In this document: positions 33,594-40,654 of the stretch, one piece after another
Layout of the letters: the number at the start of each line of letters is the position of its first letter
How positions within the stretch are numbered: the stretch's first letter is position 1
Origin: Patescibacteria group bacterium
GTDB taxonomy: Bacteria > Patescibacteriota > Minisyncoccia > HO2-45-28
DNA length: 40,654 nucleotides
Direction of reading: 5' to 3'
Assembly (NCBI GenBank): GCA_022563755.1
Contig: JADFMT010000003.1
Span: forward strand, 1-40,654
Notes under the pieces: model-generated
Databases searched by the model: none
Seen by the model: only the letters and a program-made list of their open reading frames with translations
Told to the model about the DNA's origin: nothing
Program-made: the position numbers and the translations under genes

Positions 33594-34616
33594 ATGATGG
33601 AAATCGTAATAAAAAACCTGCCTAAATCAGAAGTTGAGATTACCGGGGAAATCACAGCTGACGATTTTGAGCGTTCGTTCCAAAAAACGCTCCTAGAATT
33701 AAATGCAAAAGCAAATATTCCGGGCTTTCGGGCTGGCAAGATTCCTGAGAATATCCTGCTGGATAAAATTGGAATGGGTAACGCGCTTGAGCGAGCGGCG
33801 GAAATTTCACTTCAAGAAAATTACCCGAAAATTCTTCAAAAGCATAACATTGATGCCATTGATCAGCCCCGAATTACAATAACAAAATTAGCTAGAAACA
33901 ATCCGCTGGGCTTTAAAGCAATAATCGCAATTCTTCCTTCCATTTCCTTGCCGACTGATTACAAAATGCTGGCCCAAGGCATAATGAAACAAAAAGAAAA
34001 TATTACGATAGAAGAAAAAGAAATCGCAGACGCGCTGGAATACCTTAGAAAATCAAGAACCAAAAACCAAGCACCAGGTACCCAGAACCCGGAACCCGAA
34101 TTAAATGACGAGTTTGCAAAAAAAATAGGGCAACCGGATCTTCAAAGCTTAAAAAATTTACTTCGCACAAATATTCGCGAAGATAAAGAGAGAGAAGCAC
34201 GCGAAAAAAAGAGAATGGAGACCATGGATAAAATTGCAGGATCTACGCCTATCGATATTCCGGACGTTCTTATGCATGCAGAAAAAAGCAAGATGTTGGG
34301 GGAGTTAAAAGCATCCATTGAAAACATGGGGCTTAACTGGAAAAAATATCTGGATCACATAAAAAAAAGCGAGGAAAATCTGCAAAAAGAATGGCAGGAA
34401 GAAGCAGGAAAACGCGTACGGTATGCATTGGTGCTTCGCGAAATCGCGCGTATTGAAAACATTAATCCCTCGGAAGAAGAAATTGAATCCCATATAACGC
34501 GCATGATCTCGGCATATCCAGAATCTGAACGCAAAAAAATTGACAAAGCGCGGCTGAAAGATTATGCTTACGGTGTTATACGTAATGAAAAAGTTTTTCA
34601 ACTCTTAGAAAGTTAA
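33594..34616 (+). CDS. tig: Trigger factor lacking the FKBP domain
   Basis: [10 protein letters not shown] ribosome-binding motif; N-domain joined directly to PELNDEFAK and the C-domain; upstream of clpP. Confidence 0.92.
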   Translation: MMEIVIKNLPKSEVEITGEITADDFERSFQKTLLELNAKANIPGFRAGKIPENILLDKIGMGNALERAAEISLQENYPKILQKHNIDAIDQPRITITKLARNNPLGFKAIIAILPSISLPTDYKMLAQGIMKQKENITIEEKEIADALEYLRKSRTKNQAPGTQNPEPELNDEFAKKIGQPDLQSLKNLLRTNIREDKEREAREKKRMETMDKIAGSTPIDIPDVLMHAEKSKMLGELKASIENMGLNWKKYLDHIKKSEENLQKEWQEEAGKRVRYALVLREIARIENINPSEEEIESHITRMISAYPESERKKIDKARLKDYAYGVIRNEKVFQLLES

Positions 34617-34617
34617 C

Positions 34618-35235
34618 ATGGGTAACGCACTTTACAATTATCTAATTCCTACAGTTATTGAAAAATCCCAATTTGGAGAACGAGCCTATGATATTTACTC
34701 GCGTCTCTTAAAAGATCGTATCATTTTTGTTACGGGCCCGATCATTGACCCTGTAGCAAACACGGTCATCGCACAGCTGTTGTATCTAGAATCCCAAGAT
34801 CCAAAAAAGGATATTGAACTTTATATCAACTCCCCGGGTGGTTCGGTATCGGCTACCCTTGCCGTCTATGATACGATGCAGCATATAAAACCCGACGTCT
34901 CAACGATTTGCGTCGGCTTTGCAGCCTCTGGGGCTGCCATTTTGCTTGCGGCTGGAACCAAAGGCAAGCGTTTTAGCCTGCCGAATGCTGAGATCATGAT
35001 TCATCAAGTGATTGGATCAGCTGAAGGACAAGCAACCGACATTGAAATCTCAGCTCGGCAAATAATTCGCGTTAAGGATAAATTGAATAAAATCTTAGCT
35101 GCCCATACCGCTCAACCTTTGGAGAAGATTGAAAAAGATACGGATCGCGACTTTTTCATGGATGCGGAAGAAGCCAAAAAATACGGCCTCATCGATAAAA
35201 TCGTAAAATCAAAAGACAATATCCGCACCAAATAA
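34618..35235 (+). CDS. clpP: ATP-dependent Clp protease proteolytic subunit
   Basis: [23 protein letters not shown] (Ser), MIHQ (His), DRD (Asp). Confidence 0.98.
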   Translation: MGNALYNYLIPTVIEKSQFGERAYDIYSRLLKDRIIFVTGPIIDPVANTVIAQLLYLESQDPKKDIELYINSPGGSVSATLAVYDTMQHIKPDVSTICVGFAASGAAILLAAGTKGKRFSLPNAEIMIHQVIGSAEGQATDIEISARQIIRVKDKLNKILAAHTAQPLEKIEKDTDRDFFMDAEEAKKYGLIDKIVKSKDNIRTK

Positions 35236-35249
35236 ACGATTTTGCAAGA

Positions 35250-35277
35250 AAAATAGTCCGGCATGCCGGACTATTTT
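35250..35277. terminator. Bidirectional terminator (perfect 28-bp palindrome)
   Basis: AAAATAGTCCGGCATGCCGGACTATTTT between convergent genes. Confidence 0.75.
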
Positions 35278-35615
35278 ATTATTTTTATATGCCGCGGCCG
35301 TACAATGTGGCACGCCAACTGCCTTAGCTTGGCGATGTGTTCCATGGTTACCTCTTTCATCGGAATCTCCGAAAGAATATCGATTGTCATTTTCTCATGG
35401 CAATAGCACAATACTACTCCTTTGCTAAAAATCTCAAGCAATCTTGTCTCAAGGACCTTGTTAGAAATATCAGATTTATAGATATGGAGCTTGGTTACGC
35501 AACCCTTCCAGCAGCATTGCCGATTCTTGGGTTGTTCGTCTTTCCGCGGAGGAGATAAATCAACAAGAGAATCAATAATCTGGAAACCATTCGAATCTTC
35601 GTTATAAACACTCAT
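35271..35615 (-). CDS. Hypothetical Cys/His-containing protein
   Basis: GAGGAG upstream of the start; CCWKGC and LCYCH motifs. Confidence 0.6.
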   Translation of the reverse strand: MSVYNEDSNGFQIIDSLVDLSPPRKDEQPKNRQCCWKGCVTKLHIYKSDISNKVLETRLLEIFSKGVVLCYCHEKMTIDILSEIPMKEVTMEHIAKLRQLACHIVRPRHIKIIK

Positions 35616-35669
35616 TTCCCATTCTCCTCTCTGATTTACGAGTTTAAAGAGCTTTGCAGTATTTTAATA

Positions 35670-36899
35670 CTAAATTTCAGATTCTTCAATCTTCTCCCAC
35701 CACAAAAAACTTACGAGAGTAAAAAACGCCATAATGAAAGCGGAAAACAAAAACGGAACACCGATGCCGAATGCGTCAGCCAAAGGACCCATCCCCAAAA
35801 TACCCAAGCCAGAGCCCAACATAACTAAGGCACGATATACTCCATTCAGCTCGCCAAGGTTGGATTTTGGCATTAACCCCGTTGCCACGCCATCGAGTGT
35901 AGGAATTATAAACGCAAAAGAAAGTCCAACCAAAAAAGAAAGCGCAAAAACCCAGAGAATACTTTCGGTAAAGAAAAGCAATACCAATACCACGGTCGAA
36001 AATAAACCGGATGCCAGTAAAATCTTCCGATTACTCAAGTGGTCCGAAAGTACCGAGAGGGGCGCTTCAAAGAAAAACGGAAGCACCGCCAAGGCAAACA
36101 CAATCCCGATCTGAATCGGGTTGGCGCCCAGAGCCTTAGAAAAAAGCGGCAAAAGGACATCCTGGACCGTAAATAAAGGTAATGCCACGAGCAATGACAA
36201 AAAACCTACTAAACACAATGGGCGATTCTCTAAAAAATCACGCACGGAATCTATAAACAAACGGAGCCGTAATACGGTTAGTCCCGTCCGCAGGTTACGC
36301 GAGCCATGATGATCGGGCAAAAACAATAGAGTCACAATTAATGCGGAGAAGATAAAGAAAGGCATGATATAAAACAAAACCGGTATGTTAAAAAAGTACA
36401 CGATGACCCCGCCTGCAAGCGCGCCCACTACCAGAAAAAGATTATGAACGCCGTCAAAAAGACCGATCGATTCTGCCCGCTGATGTTTAGGTGAGTGCGC
36501 GCGAACATAAACCTCGCTGGTTCCCCAGAGGCCGGTAGCAGTAAACGAATGATAGAGACGAAGAATAGTGAATTGAAAAACGCCCTTAAAAATCGCCAGA
36601 AGCGGACCCAGCGGTAGATACAGAAACAAGAAGATGATAATAAGTTTTTTTTTGGAAAGGACGTCAGCTAAACGCCCCATGAAAACGGACAGGAAGGCTG
36701 AGAACAGGAAAAAAACAGCAATAATAAACGTGGTTTTAGTATAAGTGCCCACAATCTGGTTAAAATAAATCGCCAAAAAAGGACTTACGAGTCCCCAGGC
36801 CAGAGAATAGACTCCAAAGACCACTGAAATCCATTTTATGGAACGGGGTAGCTTTTTAAAATCTCGGGGAATGGTGGCAAGTACTCGACGAAGACGCAT
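35670..36899 (-). CDS. Major facilitator superfamily transporter
   Basis: About 12 TM helices; motif A GRLADVLSKK and its repeat LSDHLSNR. Confidence 0.92.
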   Translation of the reverse strand: MRLRRVLATIPRDFKKLPRSIKWISVVFGVYSLAWGLVSPFLAIYFNQIVGTYTKTTFIIAVFFLFSAFLSVFMGRLADVLSKKKLIIIFLFLYLPLGPLLAIFKGVFQFTILRLYHSFTATGLWGTSEVYVRAHSPKHQRAESIGLFDGVHNLFLVVGALAGGVIVYFFNIPVLFYIMPFFIFSALIVTLLFLPDHHGSRNLRTGLTVLRLRLFIDSVRDFLENRPLCLVGFLSLLVALPLFTVQDVLLPLFSKALGANPIQIGIVFALAVLPFFFEAPLSVLSDHLSNRKILLASGLFSTVVLVLLFFTESILWVFALSFLVGLSFAFIIPTLDGVATGLMPKSNLGELNGVYRALVMLGSGLGILGMGPLADAFGIGVPFLFSAFIMAFFTLVSFLWWEKIEESEI

Positions 36900-36917
36900 G
36901 ATTTAGCTTGTAGTTGA

Positions 36918-38510
36918 TTAGCTTATTAACTTCTTTAATAACGATATCCCTTCCATCTCAGAAGGGAAAGGTAGTCCCAAAAGCTCCAAAATCGTTGGCG
37001 CGACATCGCTAAGCACTCCTTTTGCTTCCTGGTAATTCTTTATAATCTCGCTTTCGGTCTGTTCTTTTCTTAACTTAATATCGGAGGCAATAATAAAAAA
37101 CGGAACCGGGTTCGCGGTATGCTTGGTGCGAATCTCGCCGGTTTGCTTGTAGAGTTTTTCCTCGGCATTACCATGATCAGCCGTGACCACCGCCGCTCCC
37201 CCAACCTCCAGGATTTTGGGAATCATCTTTCCAATTGAGAAATCCAAAACCTCAAGAGCTTTGACCGTAGCTTCAAAATTTCCGGTGTGCCCGACCATAT
37301 CGGCATTGGCAAAATTTACTAAAATAAAATCGTAACTATCCAGCGCTTCAACGACCGCATCCGTAACCTTCTCGGCCGACATCTCCGGCACCTCATCAAA
37401 ATGGGGTGCTGCGGGCGAAGGAATTAAAATCCGCTCCTCGCCCGGAAAGGGTTTTTCTTGCCCCCCATTAAAAAAATACGTGACGTGCGCATATTTTTCG
37501 GTCTCAGCAATATGAACTTGCCTAAGACCGGCCTCGGAGATCACTCGGGCCAAAGGTTGTACAATGCCCGTAAGCGGAAACGCAACCTCCACTTGGGGCA
37601 TTTTTTCATATTCTGTCATGGTAGCAAAAAAGAGATTTTGTACCTTTTTGCGTGGAAATTTATCAAAACTAGGCAGGACAAAGGCGCGAGTCAACTCCCG
37701 TGCGCTATCCTCACGGTAGTTGAAAAAAATCACCGCGTCTCCTTTTTGCATTCGGCCCACGGCCTTATCGTTTTCTTCCCCGCCCGAGACGGATAAAAAT
37801 CCGGGCTCAATAAATTCATCATGCCGATTGTTTTTGTAATTTTCCTCGACGTGAAGAGAAGCTCTCTCGTACGGCTTCCCGCTTCCTTCGGTCAGCAACC
37901 GATAAGTTTTTTCAATAAAATCCCAGTGTTCGTCGCGGTCCATGGCAAAATGCCGACCGATAACCGAGACGATACGAGCAAAAGGATAAAGCTGCTCTAG
38001 ACGCAGCTCTAAATTTGAAAAAAATTTTGCTGCCTCTTGAGGGGACGCGTCACGACCGTCTGTAAACAAATGCAAATAGACCTCTTTCAGTCCTTTTTTC
38101 TTGGCAAAATCCAGAAGCGCGTACAAGTGATCCACATAGGCATGAACCGAACCCGAAGAAAAAAGGCCCATAATATGCAGACGCGACTTTTCTTTTTTCT
38201 TATGGGCGAAAGCGTTTTTAAACGCAGGATTTTCAAAGAACGTGCCGTCCTGAATCGCCATGATAATACGCGGAAGGTGCGAGTAGATCACGCGCCCGGC
38301 CCCCATGGTTAAATGACCCACCTCAGAATTCCCCTCTTCCCCCCACGGAAGACCAACTGCAGTTCCTGAAGCCTGCAGGGTTGTAAAAGGATAGTGTTTT
38401 TCAAGCGCCTCAAAGGTAGGGCGTTTTGCATAGCGCCAGGTTGACTGCGGCGCTTTGGTGTTTACTCCGTATCCGTCAAGCACAATCAACACCACGGGTT
38501 TATAGGGCAT
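36918..38510 (-). CDS. gpmI: 2,3-bisphosphoglycerate-independent phosphoglycerate mutase
   Basis: LDGYG, GNSEVGH, DGRD, AMDRD, ETEKYAHVT, NADMVGHTG, TADHGNAE. Confidence 0.97.
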   Translation of the reverse strand: MPYKPVVLIVLDGYGVNTKAPQSTWRYAKRPTFEALEKHYPFTTLQASGTAVGLPWGEEGNSEVGHLTMGAGRVIYSHLPRIIMAIQDGTFFENPAFKNAFAHKKKEKSRLHIMGLFSSGSVHAYVDHLYALLDFAKKKGLKEVYLHLFTDGRDASPQEAAKFFSNLELRLEQLYPFARIVSVIGRHFAMDRDEHWDFIEKTYRLLTEGSGKPYERASLHVEENYKNNRHDEFIEPGFLSVSGGEENDKAVGRMQKGDAVIFFNYREDSARELTRAFVLPSFDKFPRKKVQNLFFATMTEYEKMPQVEVAFPLTGIVQPLARVISEAGLRQVHIAETEKYAHVTYFFNGGQEKPFPGEERILIPSPAAPHFDEVPEMSAEKVTDAVVEALDSYDFILVNFANADMVGHTGNFEATVKALEVLDFSIGKMIPKILEVGGAAVVTADHGNAEEKLYKQTGEIRTKHTANPVPFFIIASDIKLRKEQTESEIIKNYQEAKGVLSDVAPTILELLGLPFPSEMEGISLLKKLIS

Positions 38511-38538
38511 AGCTCCATTCTACTGGCAAGGCCGGATT

Positions 38539-38567
38539 TTGACAAAAAATAAAAGACCCGCTATACT
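38539..38567 (+). promoter_or_regulatory. sigma70 promoter for rny
   Basis: TTGACA-N17-TATACT. Confidence 0.8.
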
Positions 38568-38617
38568 AAAAAGAGTCTTTTATTTATCCATGTTTAGAAA
38601 CAACGTCTTACAATTCT

Positions 38618-40147
38618 ATGTCGTTTATGCAACCAACTCTTGTGGCGCTGGCCATCGGACTTTTCGGTGTCGCGGTCGGCTACGTTCTGCGCCACATCAT
38701 TGCCCAGCAGCAACGAAACTCCATCGAGCTCAAAGTCAAACAATTACTGCTGGATGCAAAAACCGATGCCCATAAAACGCTTGAGGGCGCAAAGCAAAAA
38801 GCAGATTCCGTACTCGAGCAAGCAAAGCGAGAAGAAAGGCAGCGTGAAACTTTGCTTCGCAAGCTAGAGGAGCGTGTAGGTCAAAAAGAGGAACTCATTG
38901 AAAAAAGGCGAGCAGCTTTTGAGGGAGAAGTGCGCACGCTTGAAAGGCAAAAACACGGTCTTGAATCGCGGATGAAAGCAATTGAATCCATTGAGGAACA
39001 AAAGAAAAAAGAACTTGAAAGGCTCGCAGGCCTATCCGAGGAAGAAGCCAAGGGAGAACTTTTAAAAAGCGTTGAGAAAAAGCATGAAACAGATATTTTG
39101 GCGCGCATGCAGAAAATCGAAACGTTTGGCCAAAAACGCCTGGAACAGCGAGCGCATGAAATTTTGGCTGCAATTATCCAACGCCTCGCATCCTCAACCG
39201 CTTCAGAAATAACCACTACAACCGTATCCATTCCCTCTGAGGACATTAAGGGAAAAATTATTGGGAAAGAGGGGCGTAATATTCGGGCGCTTGAACGCGC
39301 AGCCGGAGTTGAGGTTATTGTGGACGACACGCCGGGCTCGATTGTAATTTCAAGTTTTGATCCGATTCGCCGACATATTACAAAAATTGCGCTTGAAAAT
39401 CTTATCTTAGACGGCCGGATCCAACCGGCGCGCATTGAGGAAACAGTTGAGAAAGCAAAAGCCGAGATAGAAAAAATGATCAAGGAAGCTGGGGAAGCGG
39501 CAATTTATGAAGTCGGTGTTTTTGATATTGATCCTCGACTGACTTCGCTTTTGGGACGCCTGAAGTTCCGAACCAGTTTTGGGCAAAATGTGCTCCAGCA
39601 CTCGATTGAGATGACTCACTTGGCCGGCATGCTCGCTTCCGAACTCGGAGCAGACGTACAGATTGCAAAAAAAGGAGCGCTTTTGCATGATATTGGAAAA
39701 GCTGTAGATCACGAAGTCCAGGGTACGCATGTAGAAATTGGTCGTAGAATTCTTCAGAAATTCAACGTGGACCAACAAATAATCCAGGCGATGCAGTCGC
39801 ATCATGAAGAATACCCTTACGAGACGCTGGAATCCATTATTGTCCAGACAGTCGACGCACTCTCAGCTGGACGTCCGGGTGCGCGCAGAGACACGGTTGA
39901 CAATTACCTCAAGCGCCTGGAAGACTTAGAGCGGATTGCTGCTGATTTCGACGGCGTTGAAAAATCCTATGCGATTCAAGCGGGTCGTGAGATTCGCATC
40001 TTCGTGACCCCTGAAAAAATCTCAGATCTTGAGATGAAAAAACTGGCGCGCAGTGTTGCAGATCGGGTGGAAGAAGAGCTAAAATATCCAGGAGAGATCA
40101 AGGTCCATGTAATCCGTGAAACCCGAGCCGTAGAGCATGCCCGGTAG
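38618..40147 (+). CDS. rny: Ribonuclease Y
   Basis: TM helix, coiled coil, KH domain (KGKIIGKEGRNIR), HD domain (LLHDIGK), C-terminal YPGEIKV-VIRE. Confidence 0.98.
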   Translation: MSFMQPTLVALAIGLFGVAVGYVLRHIIAQQQRNSIELKVKQLLLDAKTDAHKTLEGAKQKADSVLEQAKREERQRETLLRKLEERVGQKEELIEKRRAAFEGEVRTLERQKHGLESRMKAIESIEEQKKKELERLAGLSEEEAKGELLKSVEKKHETDILARMQKIETFGQKRLEQRAHEILAAIIQRLASSTASEITTTTVSIPSEDIKGKIIGKEGRNIRALERAAGVEVIVDDTPGSIVISSFDPIRRHITKIALENLILDGRIQPARIEETVEKAKAEIEKMIKEAGEAAIYEVGVFDIDPRLTSLLGRLKFRTSFGQNVLQHSIEMTHLAGMLASELGADVQIAKKGALLHDIGKAVDHEVQGTHVEIGRRILQKFNVDQQIIQAMQSHHEEYPYETLESIIVQTVDALSAGRPGARRDTVDNYLKRLEDLERIAADFDGVEKSYAIQAGREIRIFVTPEKISDLEMKKLARSVADRVEEELKYPGEIKVHVIRETRAVEHAR

Positions 40148-40325
40148 AAAAAGGCTAAAAACCCTATATTTAATGAAATGTCCATGCTATCCTGAAGAGG
40201 ACCTAAAAGGTCGAGACACAAATTGATAATTGGCAGCGAGGAAAAAATGAAGAGCTTGCTTATTCATTTCGAACGAGCGAACCAATTATATGTAATATAA
40301 TTCACTAACGTTCATAATATTTGGC

Positions 40326-40601
40326 ATGAATAAATCAATGTTCATTGACGCCATTCACGAGAAGATCGGCGGGACTAAAAAAACAGTCGAGGAGGTCGTG
40401 GACGCCGTATTTGATACGATTACGAACGCCTTAAAAGAAGGCAACGAGGTATCCATTACCGGTTTTGGCACCTTTTCAGCAATAGAACGAAAGGCGCGTC
40501 AAGCTCGTAATCCCCGGACCGGCGAGCCGGTATCTGTCCCGGCCATGAAAGCTCCCAAATTCAAGGCCGCTAAAGGCCTCAAAGACGCGGTTCGGCAATA
40601 A
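40326..40601 (+). CDS. hup: HU family DNA-binding protein
   Basis: MNKS.., GFGTF, R-AR-ARNPRTGE, PKFKAAK-LKDAV. Confidence 0.96.
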   Translation: MNKSMFIDAIHEKIGGTKKTVEEVVDAVFDTITNALKEGNEVSITGFGTFSAIERKARQARNPRTGEPVSVPAMKAPKFKAAKGLKDAVRQ

Positions 40602-40618
40602 AATAAGCGATCATTCTT

Positions 40619-40646
40619 AAACGCCTCAATCTACATTGAGGCGTTT
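40619..40646 (+). terminator. Intrinsic terminator after hup
   Basis: AAACGCCTCAAT/ATTGAGGCGTTT. Confidence 0.75.
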
Positions 40647-40654
40647 GTGGTATA

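Noticed and set aside
38881-39805. Long antisense ORFs over rny (and similar ones over infB, nusA, valS and pilC)
   Set aside because: They are shadow frames of well-supported genes with no recognisable motifs.
40195-40290. Hammerhead ribozyme cores (CTGAAGA..GAGA and ATGAAGA..GAAC)
   Set aside because: Both deviate from the CUGANGA/GAAA core and lack a proper stem I or stem III with an NUH cleavage site.
1-40654. Prophage, integrase/transposase gene, or alternative genetic code
   Set aside because: No phage, recombinase or transposase motifs appear in the ORF set. Core genes are intact under code 11 and TGA is used as a stop.

Overview
The window looks like a Patescibacteria (CPR, probably Parcubacteria-type) chromosome segment using genetic code 11. 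This is inferred from gene content and style: short IF2, ValRS without the C-terminal coiled coil, trigger factor without the PPIase domain, a type IV pilus cluster, tRNA genes without encoded CCA, and many near-leaderless promoters. Housekeeping genes include infB, rbfA, valS, tsaD, an RluA-family synthase, nusA, ppa, tig, clpP, gpmI, rny and hup, plus nine tRNA genes and a pilB-pilC-minor pilin-pilMNO cluster with a histidine kinase and two receiver proteins. The most unusual content lies at tRNA 3' ends. (1) A ~280-bp structured repeat occurs three times, and each copy carries an antisense copy and a hairpin-split sense copy of the T-arm of one specific tRNA (Phe, Gly or Val). (2) Two arrays of single-gene cassettes lie downstream of tRNA-Ser(CGA) and tRNA-Gly(GCC), each punctuated by its own short junction repeat with a GCAC-like core. 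No integrase is encoded in the window. Together these suggest an integron-like gene-capture system anchored at tRNA 3' ends and mobilised in trans (inference). Also present are a 140-bp MITE with a 4-bp target duplication, REP-like palindromes and heptamer repeats inside coding sequences, and an outer-membrane-barrel-like protein in a presumed monoderm. All coordinates and alignments were read by eye and no database searches were run.
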